Shown in pieces: positions 42,520 through 55,189 of a stretch of DNA of 64,000 nt. Under the pieces are notes generated by a model. The model saw only the letters and a list, made by a program, of their open reading frames with translations. It was not told where the DNA came from and did not search any database. Within the stretch, counting starts at the first letter, position 1. Each line of letters begins with the position of its first letter. The position numbers and the translations under genes are program-made. The DNA is from Octopus vulgaris. Its lineage: Eukaryota. The stretch covers positions 93,310,001 to 93,374,000 of the forward strand of contig OX597823.1 in the NCBI GenBank assembly GCA_951406725.2. Direction: 5' to 3'.

Positions 42520-42715
42520 ATATAGGATACAAATTTTGGGGGACGGGGCAACGAATTGATTACACCGAGCCCAGTGCTCAACAGGAATTTATTTTATCGA
42601 CGAACGCCGAAATGATGAAATGCAAAGGCGACCTCGGCGGAATTTCAACACAGAACGTAAGGACGGACAAAATGCTGCTAAGCAATTTTCCTGGTGCACT
42701 AACAATTCTGCCAGT
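42520..42715 (-). mobile_element. SINE family M (older), head clipped by the (TAA)n tract
   Basis: gacctcggcggaatttcaacacagaacgt..aacaattctgccag. Confidence 0.8.
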
Positions 42716-42719
42716 TATA

Positions 42720-42770
<51 letters not shown>

Positions 42771-42772
<2 letters not shown>

Positions 42773-45700
42773 TTTTTTTTTTCTTCTTTCAAATTTGCTT
42801 CCAGTTCTTGCCGAGTGTCTTCCCGACTCCTAGGGCAAAGAAACTCATAGTATACATTGGAAGGCCATTAAACCAAACTCAATAGTTCGTTCATTTTTTT
42901 TTTTTTTTAAGTTAAATTAAAACACATGAGCAGCAACAGTTCTCACATCGACAATGCTCTCCTCAATACGTGTGATGTACCAGTTAAGACAATCTTTTGC
43001 ACTTCTTGCAGGGATGGTAAGCCAGGGATCATTCTCATATAATTTTCGGTTCCCTTCTTGATATCTGGTTTATTGGCCTTGATGGTTCGGTCTGTATGTA
43101 CTGGAAAGTCCCACAGAATGGTTACATTTTCTCCTTCAGTTACAGCCTCAGGGTGGTGATTATACCACTTGTCGGCAGTTTTGATATTGTAATGCCGACT
43201 TATTAGCCAGTGTAGATATTGGCCAACTCTGTCATGTCTTAATTTATACTCCACTGGTGCTAAGACTTTACATCCAGAGATTAGGTTGTCCACTGTTTCA
43301 ATCATGTCGTTGCAGAATCGGCATTTTGGGTCTGCTCCATTTTTCATCACATTGGCCTGGTAGTTCCGGGTTAATAGGCTTTGATCTTGAGCAGCCAGGA
43401 TGAAACCTTCGCTCTCTGCTTTTAGCTCTGAGCTCCGTAGCCACTGATGGGTTTGCTTCTGGTCAACATCAGCTTGTTTGCTGCGGGTCACATATTTGCC
43501 GTGCAGAGGTTTCTCCTCCCACCTATCAGCCAATTGCTCGTGCGCTTTTTTCGTTGCCATCATTTTCACCTTCTTTGCAACAATAGTTGCCGTACTTCCC
43601 TCGGGTTGTTCAGTTTGGGTATCCTGCACGAGATCAATAGCAATTTTTTTTTTTTTTTTGCTTTCCTTTATAATAGAATGAAGCTTCTTTCGTCTCTCGT
43701 GATTTTCCACGAGATTTAGCATCCAGTCATTCGATATTTCGAGATATTTGGCCAGTCCAATTGTGGTTGTTTTGTAAGCTAGTTCAAATTGGATCAGGCC
43801 TCGACCTCCTTGGGCTCTGGGAAGGTAAAGGCGATCTACGTCTGCCTTTGGGTGGTGCATCCTATTACAACTCAGCAGTTTGCGTATTTTCCTATCTATA
43901 TTCTTTACCTCACTCATATTCCAGTTCAACACATTGTAGCTATAAGTAACAACTGGAACTGCTAAGGAAGTTATAGCTAACACCTTGTTACGTGCATTTA
44001 GTTCAGATTTCAGGACTGCACGAACTCTCCTATAACATTCCTTCCTGATCTTCTCTTTCGTGCTTGCATGCTGAATACCAGAGCCTTCATTTATCCCTAA
44101 ATATTTGTATGTTTGTTCTTGCTCAAGCTCTCTTATGACCGTGTCAACATCTAACACGACTGAATTTGTGGTCTTCACTTTCCCTTTCTGGAAAGTGGCC
44201 TTGGCACACTTCTCAAGTCCAAACTCCATCCCGATGTCATCGCTGAATGCTTTCACGGTGCGCAATACGCCTTCAAGTTCATTATTGTCTTTACCATAAA
44301 GTTTTAAGTCATCCATATAAAATAGATGGCTAATTTTTTTATTGGTAATTTTATACCCATACCCTGTTCTGTTTAATTCACTTGTAAGGGGTATTAGGGC
44401 TATGCAGAATATTAAAGGTGAAAATGAGTCACCTTGAAAAATTCCACAGTTGATGTTTATATTTTCTGAGGCAAGTACTCCATTAGAGTGGTATAATTGG
44501 AGATCCGTATTCCACAACGACATATTGTGCTTCAGGAAGTTTGAAATCACAGGGGAAATTTTGAAGATGTCCAGCGATCTCAAGATCCATGGATGCGGTA
44601 TACAGTCGAAGGCCTTGTTATAGTCAATCCATGCGGTGCTGAGATTTCTGCGCTTGTTGTGACAGTTCTCAAGGATCATACGATTGATTAGCAGTTGATC
44701 TTTGCATCCGTAAGAGCCTCGGCGGCACCCTTTTTGTTCAATGGGGAAAATATCGTTCTTCTCCATGAATGCATTGTTTTCTCCGCCAGGATAGATGTTA
44801 GGATTTTATACGTGGCGGATAGACAGGTTATAGGCCGATAGTTTTTTGGAAGGTTGGTTTCGTTATTTTTTGGGAGTAGGTAAGTAATGCCACTTGCTAA
44901 CCATTCAGGTGTTTTCTTTGGGTCTCTCATAATTCCATTGAGCAGCTGAACTAGCTTACCGTGTGCGCATGGGAGCGATGCGAGCCAGAAATTCGGCACC
45001 CTATCTTTACCGGGGGATTTCCAATTATGGGCCTTCGTGAGTGCCTTTCTTAGGTCTGTTATTGTGATGTCTTCCCATGCTTGTTGTAAATTTTGGTAGG
45101 ATCCTTCAGTTTGTATAATCCAGTCTGCATTTATGTTGTACGTCTTCTTGTCACTCCAAATCCTTTTCCAAAAGTTTTGAACTTCTTCCATGGGAGGGGG
45201 GTCTTTAACGGTTACTTTCTCCTTCCCTATTTCTCTGTAGAATTTTTTGGCATTGGATGTGAACAGCTTATTTTGCTTGTAAAACTTGTTTCTCTTCTCA
45301 AATCTTCGTATTCTTTGGGCTTTTACTTGGACTTTTTGTTTCAGCGTTTCTTTTATTGATATCAGTTCTTCTCTTGGTGAGGATCCAAATTTTCTCTTCA
45401 TCTTTCTTCCTGTTCTGGATCTTACATCATTTCCACATATTAGTTCATTTAATATTGATATTTCCCCTCTCATAAATTCAATCTCTTTTTCAATTTTACT
45501 TCTCCAGGTTTGATTTCTTCCCAGGTTTTGTTTTCTTTGTTTTTTCGGGGGCATACAGCTGTTTTCAATTGCCCTAGCAGAAGCGTAAATAATTTCATTT
45601 AACTCAGTAAAATCAGGTTTTAATTCTCGTATTATTTCATTTGTTACATAGTTGCCAATTTGGATTTGTTTTTTATTTTGGTTTGTATTTGAGAGTTTAT

Positions 45701-46560
45701 GAAGTGGTTATCTATCATTCATACTTGTATTTCTTACAACTTCAAGCGTATTCAGGATTTTCTGCCTCATTTCTGCCATAGACTCTCTGTGTTTTTCAGC
45801 AAATGCGAGATCTTCAGTTACTGTTGTTTTTTCGTTTTCCTGGCTATCTTTAACAGGTACAATAGAATTTCTTGTATCTTCAGGCCTTTGCGTACTTTGG
45901 TCAGGTGGCAGTCTTTCAATTAAGCCTCGTGGCGGGCTATACTGTTCATCTGATTCTTCCTTTCCTTTGTGTCTTATATTTATGTCATTTTCCGTTGCGT
46001 GCTTGATCGCGCTTATTTCACTGTCTGTGAGTCTGTTATTTCTAAGGATATCCCTCCTCACATTTGCTAATTTGTTCTCGTCCAAATAGGGCCTACTGTC
46101 TTGATTCCGTGTTCTCCATATACTGTAAGAGTTTGCGGTGTGTCTCTCTTGAGATGGCCTACCTAATGCATAGTAATAAGCGTATATTACTTCTTTATAC
46201 TCTTCTCGGGTCCATTTGTTCCGCTTACATTTTTCTTTCTGTGGTGGTTGTGGTGGTGAACTTGGAGGGCTCGGGTTGGGGGATTTCCCGTTCAAGTGAC
46301 CATCCATGTCCGTATTCGGAGAAGAGTTTGTGCCAGTTGATGACTTTTCGATCCCAGGCTGGCTCTTCCCTGGGGGACGCGCTTCCAGATTAACCATAGG
46401 ACAAGCGATTTGGTATACTGATTTAGTTTTCCTTTTAGTTTCCAAAAACATTTTGGTGCTACGATAATGTTATCATTTTTTAGCTTTGATTGGCTCGTGG
46501 GGAGACGGCCATCATTGCCGTTACAATTATAATCGTACCATTATAGCAGCCGTAGTCGGC
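42771..46560 (-). mobile_element. Near full-length R4/Dong-clade non-LTR retrotransposon in a (TAA)n microsatellite
   Basis: Single-ORF architecture (N-terminal domain, RT, zinc knuckle, REL); 3' UTR 42771-42942 abuts (TAA)n; TAA-rich tract resumes beyond ~46560. Confidence 0.93.
42943..46451 (-). pseudogene. Dong RT-REL polyprotein (~1170 codons) with one nonsense codon, one 1-bp frameshift and an in-frame endonuclease deletion
   Basis: KWTREEYKEV N-terminus; TAA at 45708-45710 in frame with the 45554 ORF; KSPGKD, NYRPITCL; frameshift ~44775; GIFQGDSFSP, YMDDLKLY, CRFC..ETVDNLISGC, RHD, WDFPVHTD..NKPDI. Confidence 0.93.
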
Positions 46561-46757
46561 TTATTATTGTTATTATCATCACCATTATTATCACTATCAT
46601 CATTATCACCACCATTACCATCATCAGTATCATCATCACCATCACCATCATCATCATCAATGATATTGTTTTATGTGTAGTCACAGCAGTATGTTATTAT
46701 TGTTATTTTTTATCATCATCACCATCACAGTAGTGTCTGTCTGTCTCGTTGGCTGGC

Positions 46758-46828
<71 letters not shown>

Positions 46829-46884
46829 ATTATTATTATTTTTACTACTACTACTACTATTATCATTATTAATTTTTGCTGCAA

Positions 46885-47232
46885 GGACATCGGTCCCAGT
46901 GCAAAACTGGTGCTTATTTATTTAATCTACCCTGAAAGGATGAAATGTAAAGTCGATCGGGGCAGAATTTGAACTCAGAACGTAGTAACGGGCGAAATAC
47001 ATATTTCTTTACTACCCACAAGGGGCTAAACACAGAGAGGACAAACAAGGACAGACAAACGGATTAAGTCGATTACATCGACCCCATTGCGTATCTGATA
47101 CTTAATTTATCGACTCTCAATGGATGAATGTCAAAGTCGACCTCGACGGAATTTGAACTCAGAACGTAACGGCAGACGAAATACGGCTACGCATTTCGCC
47201 CGGCGTTCTAACGTTCCTGCCAGCTCGCCGCC
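46885..47232 (-). mobile_element. SINE family M, head plus unit joined to a more diverged second body (junction 47000/47001)
   Basis: ggcgaaatac|atatttctttactacccacaagg. Confidence 0.9.
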
Positions 47233-47848
47233 TTTTTTTTCTGTTTGTGCTTCGTTATAAGGATTTCAAAAATCTTATCATATCAATACAATACTCATAC
47301 CATCAAAGGGTTTGTTAACCCAATCGTGCATTCTCTGTTATTGAACACATAACATTGAATATTTGCATTATATCGGAACGAAAACTTACTTTAGCATATC
47401 TGGTCTATTTTGTGCATAATTGAGATGATTTTACGCAATGTCATATATTTTACATCGTTACTAACACTGCTTTGTCTATTTTATTTAGTTTCCTTTATGT
47501 TTATAATATTTATATCTCATGCTATATCTTTTTTATCTCATTCTCCTATATCAGATTGTCTACCTCTGAATCTCTTTATTTTCTTGATATATATTCCTGT
47601 TTAATTTAATATTTATTTTATTTTATTCCATTTTTTACATTGTTGGCAATCAATTCAATTCTCAACAGTACTTCTTCCTGTTTTGTAATGTCTGCCTGCG
47701 TTGTGGGAAGATTAAATGTGACCATCTTTTATAATATTACAACTGATATGGAGACTGAAAATCAACAAAGTTTGAATATTATATAAGTATCATATATACA
47801 TGTGCATATGTGTATATTCTTGTATATACTTACTTACATACACACATA

Positions 47849-47895
<47 letters not shown>

Positions 47896-48324
47896 ATATA
47901 ATATATATATATGTGTAAAAGCATATGTATAAATATATATATATGTATGTATGTGTGAGTGTGTGCGTCTGTATGTGTTTGAATGTGTGCATGTGTGTAT
48001 GTGTGTGTATGTGTGTATGTGTGCACAGCTCCAGGTCTCCAGCTAGTTATCAAGCTATCTACGTCACGATAAACATACTTAACTGATATGAAATATATTG
48101 TTGAGACTAAGTTATATTGAAACTTGAACAATTTTCATATATAAAATAAATTATGTAAGTTGTAATGGTAATAAATGAAAAATGCTCATATATCGCAGAG
48201 CAAATATAATCAACGTGCGATAAAAACAAGCACACAACCACATACGCACTCGCACACATTAGCACTTGCATTCATATACATAAATATATATATTTATATC
48301 TAAATGTGTGTGCATCTGTGTGGA

Positions 48325-48364
<40 letters not shown>

Positions 48365-48453
48365 GTTTAATAACATCTTTGGTGTATATACATCTGCTTC
48401 CTATTCACATATTTAGTCAGATTATATTCTATAAAACAATATTATTATTATTA

Positions 48454-48964
48454 TGAGAGAGCAGTACATCCCATCACAGTGACACTGGGTTAAAATATAC
48501 GAAGCCCATTATACTCATCATGACAACCCGTCTGTAAGGGTACACCAGACACATGCAACACAACCATATGTGCGCGATATGGTGATCTCATGTCAAGATA
48601 AACAGCGCATGAACTTGCAGGTGGGGCCCAGTTAGAATTTTCTTCTGGTCGAGTAGCAAATCCCGCTCAAAAGTTCCCTGAATAAGGTTAGTTTAAGGAT
48701 GTTGAGCAAAACACCCATGTTTCCTCTCAACACATGGCTATGATGCTGCCCCACTACTTCTGCTCATGATCAGGGATGCACACATCGTCAGCCACCAAGC
48801 GACATGCTCAACTGGTTAAGGCCAAACAACTGACAAGCAGATATGTAGTATTGAGCAGAATATTTGCTGTAGCCCATCTTTTTTATACCAAGACAAAACA
48901 ATGTACATGATAACACTTCTAATCAGTTAAGATGAGAAACCATGAGAGCCACTGCCTGGTACTG
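48454..48964 (-). mobile_element. Family C element flanked by (TTA)n on both sides; strand inferred
   Basis: Colinear with 10829-11360. Confidence 0.8.
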
Positions 48965-48965
48965 A

Positions 48966-49420
<455 letters not shown>

Positions 49421-49580
49421 TCTATGTTTGACTTTTGCTTTATATTTGTACAAGTTGGCTCCAAGTCTCACCCAGAGACCTCAAGAGACAACAGGGTTGG
49501 AAGTTCATATTGTTGTTATGCCTAGTGTGCCATATATTTGGGGGGTGGGGTGTTGTACTAATGAATGTTTAAAAAAAGTT
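49421..49580 (-). mobile_element. 3' UTR stub of a probable further Dong family
   Basis: Homologous to 51167-51340; ctgggtgagacttggagccaacttg resembles the Dong 3' UTR ctcggcaagaactggaagcaaatttg; abuts the TAA-type tract. Confidence 0.6.
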
Positions 49581-49581
49581 G

Positions 49582-49619
<38 letters not shown>

Positions 49620-51036
49620 GTTTTTTCCTTCTTTCTTCAAATTTTCTTCCGTTTCTCGCCGAGTGTTTTCCATACACCTAGGGCAGAGGAGCTCATTGTA
49701 TGCATTCCCAGATTACACACGCAAATTCACAGGTAAATATATATTTAAAAAGCTAATAAATAAATAAATTCATGAATGGATGTTGTTTTCACAACTATAA
49801 TTCTCTTCTCAATACATGCGCTGTTCTATTTAACACGATTTTTTGCTCTTCCTGTAGGGATGGTAAGCCTGGAATCATTTTCAAATAGGTTTCAGTACCT
49901 TTTTTTATCATTCCTAGAGACCCTACAAATCACTGGTACTGTAGTCGGCTTGAGATGCCACATTCTTCTCAATTTCTATTAACAAGTCTTTATGTTTACT
50001 GATCTTGTCAAATTCTTTCGCTTCTATATTGTAATTTCAACGAATACTCATGTCAATTAATAAATACATCTTTTTTGTCTGATCTTTTATAATAATATCT
50101 GGTTTATTAGCTTATATAGTTTTGTCGGTACGTACGGGGAAGCCCCATAGAATCGACAGGATTTCGTTCTGTAATTGCCTACAATATTGCCTTTTCCGAT
50201 GTTTTTCAGGCACAGCACTGTCCTACCCAATGTCAACTACTCTGTTGTTGCTTGGTTGGCATTTAACAAGGTGTTGAATTGCGCAGCTATTCGTGCATGA
50301 CATTCACCAACTCACTTGATCCAGTAGCCTTGAACTCCATCTGGTATCGGGGCCTTCCAGTTGCTCATTTTTTTGCTGATTTCCTTCACTTCCCTAACTG
50401 AAATGACTAGTTCTGTCTATTTTGGACAGCCTACTGTTTGTTTTAGTTCTTGCAACTATTCAGCATCCTTCTTGTGCTCCTTGTCTTTGCTCCAGATGTC
50501 ACTCCAAAACCTTTGACTTTCAATGTTATCTGGAATCAACTTTTCATCTGTACACTCTCCATTTATTTCTTTATAGAATCTCTTCTGATTTACTCTGAAT
50601 AAACTATTCTGCTGGTAATTCTTCATTCTTTGCTCGTATCTTATCTTTGCTATCTTTGCAACGAGGCGCTGTTTCAGTTCTTCCTCTACTATCTTCTGGC
50701 CCTTTCTTTCAATATTATACTTCCTTTTCCAGTGCCCTGTAATTTTGTTCTCTTTTCGGTCTAACACAGATTTCCTTCGAGAGCATATCTAACCCTGCCT
50801 GGAATATTCTTTTCTACCATGGATCTTTCCTTTTGTCACTCTCATTATATTTCTTTTTCTTGACATCTACACCCACATTTTCTGCTACAATACTTGCTGA
50901 CTTCATCAAATTATTTGTTTCTATGATGTTGTTTGTTCTGATGTATTTCAGAATTTCATTGACATTTTTTGTTTCTTGGTTCAATTTACATCGATCACCT
51001 TTTTAAGGTTGCAAATGATGTCGATATCGTTCTCTT
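49620..51036 (-). mobile_element. Decayed Dong element lacking the RT domain, flanked by (TAA)n
   Basis: Pre-RT region (QQNSLFRVNQKRFY..FWSDIWS..NWKAP.PDGVQGYW..GNYR) joined at ~50170 to ILWGFPVRTD..NKPDI..IDMS..KEFDK..GMIKKGTE; 3' UTR homologous to 42771-42860. Confidence 0.88.
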
Positions 51037-51052
51037 GTTTATTATTATTATT

Positions 51053-51166
<114 letters not shown>

Positions 51167-51340
51167 TAATGCTTGACTTTTGCTTTGTATTTGTACATGT
51201 TGACTCACCCAGGCATTTCAGGAGACAACAAGTTAGAAGTTCATGTTGGTGTTATGCCTAGGGTGTCATATATTTGGATTTCCACATAGTATTGTTCGAA
51301 GGAATATTTAAGAAAACATAGGAAAATTATGAAGTTGCTT
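51167..51340 (-). mobile_element. 3' UTR stub, same family as 49421-49580
   Basis: ttgacttttgcttt.tatttgtaca.gttg..gagacaaca.g.t.gaagttcat.ttg.tgttatgcctag. Confidence 0.65.
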
Positions 51341-51484
51341 TAAAATTTGTGATTTAAAATTTGAGTTTCATAATAATCACATAATTGGATTAACAATATG
51401 TTAATCCAAATTTATATTGCTAGAATTAAATTCCATACATAGAATTGTTTGTAGATTTGATATACTTTAGATATTCGATGCTGT

Positions 51485-52650
51485 GTCGGAATCGTTAGCG
51501 CATCGGATTAGCGAACTAGCGGCAATTTTTCCGGCTCATTGCGTTCTGAACTCAAAATCCTCGCAAGATCAACTTTGTCCTTCATTCCTCCGGCATCGAT
51601 AAAATTGGTACCCGTCACGGATTGGGATATATCTAAATTTCTCCCCTCAAATTGCTGGCCTTTTACCAAAATCAGAAACAACAATTACAGTTTACGTATA
51701 CTAGCTAACTTAGATTTTGTATTAAAACATGTTGGGCATATTTCTTAAATGCCATCAAAAACATTTCGTATTCGGCAATGCAACATTTTCCCGGTTTCGA
51801 GAACGCTCCGATTTTTGAGACATGGCCCTGATTTTTTATTTAGAAATTTTGTTAGATACTCTATTTCTGCAAAACACATCTCTGCATAATATTTGCCATA
51901 ATGCTATGTCAGTGTGTAAACGATATATAGACCACATGAGCTTTATATAGTCTTCAAATTTTATTACTTGTTAAGTCGGTGAGCTAGCAGAAACGTTAGC
52001 ACGACGGGCGAAATTCTTAGCCATATTTCGTCTGTCTTTACGCGCTGAGTTCAACTTCCTCCGAGATTGATTTACAGTTTATCATTTCCTTTTATCCTTT
52101 CAGGGTCCATAAATTAAGTACCAGTTGCGTACTGGAGTCGAGCAGAATAGAATTTTCATTTACTTGTTACGCTTTAAAGTATAAACAGCAATGCTACCGT
52201 TTTTATATTAACTTATAACTTCAAGGTGGCCAGCTGGCAGAATCGTTAGCACGGCGGGAAAAAATATTTAGAGGTATTCTGTCTATCTTTAGGTTCTAAG
52301 TTCAAATTCCGCCGCGTTCGACCTTTTCTTTTATGGTTTCGGGGTCCCAAAATATGTATTAGTTGAGTAATGAGGTCGATGTAATCGACATAACCATTTT
52401 TCCAAAATTTCTGATCTTGTGCCAAACATTGAAACTGACAGTATGAAGCGGCAAGTTGGTGAATTGTTAGCACGCCAGGCAAAATACTTAGCACTATTTC
52501 GTCCGTCATTAAACACAGAGAGAAATTTTTCGCAGAGATGTACTTTGCCTTTCATCCTTTCGGGATGGATAGATTAAGAACCAGATGATCATAGGGTTGA
52601 CATAATCGAATTGCTTCCCCCACCCTCTCATGAACCAAATTTGAAAACCA
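51485..52650 (+). mobile_element. Four diverged same-orientation SINE family M copies (~51485, 51975, 52224, 52448)
   Basis: Repeated gaa..gttagc head and ..cctt..atcctttc.ggg..gat body. Confidence 0.8.
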
Positions 52651-53091
52651 ATATTACATTGTAGAATATTGGGTTGATAAACTCTTTGGATGATGAAGGG
52701 TCGAGAGCTGACCAAAGACATTTTCCAACCAATGGTTCATTTTTACACAGTATCGTATAGTTTATTATTCATAGCTTTATCTACTACAAGTTCCACCGAT
52801 AAAAAATATTTACTTCTTATCTCTCGGAGTTTGTAATTTCTTATGATGTATCAATTATTTTTAAGCGCAGAATGCAAGATTTGTGAGATTGCACTGAATA
52901 TAGTTAGATGTGTGAAGGTTTTTAAAGGACAAAATTTAAATTCAAGAAATGGAGAGAATATAAAATATAGAAACAAAAACGGATGATATATATATAGAAT
53001 AGAATAAATTTCGATACAGGTTGCAAGATAATGAAGACTGGAAATTATTAGAAATAAAAGAAAACGCATGTATTTGCATATATATATATCT

Positions 53092-53153
<62 letters not shown>

Positions 53154-53581
53154 CTTTTGAAAATATGTGTGATATTGAAATACTCCAGAAACAAGAAGAA
53201 AGAGAAGAGACTACTTTCTTTTTTGGAGATTTTGTAAGAAAACGGAATTGAAATCTAGAAAACGTTTAAATGTTTAAATACTGGTAATAGAAACTGAAAA
53301 ACAATGGGATCTCAATTTCCTGAAACGTTCTTAAAAAATATTATCATGTGTAGAAATATTTTTACAATAAAATTCAACATATGTCATAGAAAATATGCAG
53401 GAAATAATAAAATTAGTTTGAAAGAATGTACAAAAAGGTAGTGACATTGAGTGAAGGGAGGGAAAAAATATTGCAGCGAATGGAATTTCTTGAAAAGACT
53501 TGTATACAAAAAAAGGGGAGAAATGGAAATTTTTGCTACTGAGAAATGACAGGAAAGAAACTAATACAAAATTATACATGC

Positions 53582-53623
<42 letters not shown>

Positions 53624-53682
53624 GTGTGTGTGAAGCATAGTGCTATCTATATATGTTCTATACACACACACACATATATATA

Positions 53683-53746
<64 letters not shown>

Positions 53747-53785
53747 TATATATATATATATATTTCTTTACTACCCACAAGTGGC

Positions 53786-54622
53786 TTTCCTAGACTAGTT
53801 CTGTAATGTACCAAACAGGTGGCAGCACACGGTTGTGTGAGCACGTAGAGCTAATAGCAGTCTTCATGAGGCAGTGTACCGAGTGACATTGCTGTGTTTA
53901 CTTCACAAGTTGTGGATTTTTTGTTTTTGTGACCATGTGTTTGCTGCAGTCGGGACAGGAATTTGGAACAAAGATGAAGCTGAAGTTTTGTGTTTATATT
54001 GGGACCTCTGCAACAGAGGCATTGAGCACGCTCAAGCAAGCTTACGGTGACGAGGCAATGAATCGTAGTAGAAGCGATCTGGAAGACATGCTTCGAGCAT
54101 CAACCCCGGATATGTGTAGAAAATTCTTCAGCGTGTGGATGAGATTCGTCGGAAGAGCATCAAAAACACTGCTGATGTTGTTGATGTCATATCGGACGGT
54201 GCAGGCAATCCTAAAGTCTGAAATGAACACACAGCGTCTCTGCAAAGTTATTCCCCCGATTGCTGACCACTGAGTAGAAAGAATATGCCATCAAAATTTA
54301 TCAAGATCTCCGCAGATGACCCTTCCTTTATGTTCAGGTTCATCACAGATGACGAGAGTTGCGTCTACGGCTACGACCTTGAGACGAAGAAGCAGTCATC
54401 ACAATGGAATAACCCTTCATCTCCACGACCGAAGAAGGCGCGATTGAGTCGCAGTTCAATTAAGAGTTGCGTCTCGTTTTCCTATAACCGCGGTATCGTG
54501 CATCGAAGATCGCTATATTCCTGTGCAAGGCGACCATTTCGAAGAAGATGATGTTAAATCTTAGGTAAATAAGTTATTTTTTGTTAAGCATAACTAATTC
54601 GGGAACTTTTTGATACCAAATT
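53786..54622 (+). mobile_element. Mariner relic (irritans-like), internally deleted
   Basis: KFCVYIGTSATEAL..LKQAYGDEAM, FITDDESCVYGYDLETKKQSSQW..SPRPKKAR, C-terminal QGDHFE; terminal ttcgggaactttttgatacca. Confidence 0.85.
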
Positions 54623-54638
54623 ATATATATATACATAC

Positions 54639-54642
54639 ATGA

Positions 54643-54689
<47 letters not shown>

Positions 54690-55085
54690 TGTATGTGTAT
54701 ATATATTCATATACATACATACAAATATATATATGCATGTACATGTATATATGCATATATATGTATTCATATATGTTTATATGTATTATATGTATATATG
54801 TATATATGTATATGTATATATGTATATATATGCATATATATATATGTATATATATGTATATATATATATGTATACATATATATATATATATATATATATA
54901 TGTATACATATATATATATACATATATATACATATATATATACATATATATACATATATACATATACATATATACATATATACATATAATACATATAAAC
55001 ATATATGAATACATATATATGCATATATACATATACATGCATATATATATTTGTATGTATGTATATGAATATATATACACATACA

Positions 55086-55144
<59 letters not shown>

Positions 55145-55148
55145 TCAT
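54639..55148. repeat. 510-bp near-perfect AT-rich palindrome centred at ~54888
   Basis: Informative non-TA bases mirror exactly apart from ~2 substitutions and a 10-bp (AT)n length difference; mirror-image ORFs in the track. Confidence 0.93.
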
Positions 55149-55189
55149 ATATATACATTTGAAGAATACAAGTTGAAAATGCACTGAAA

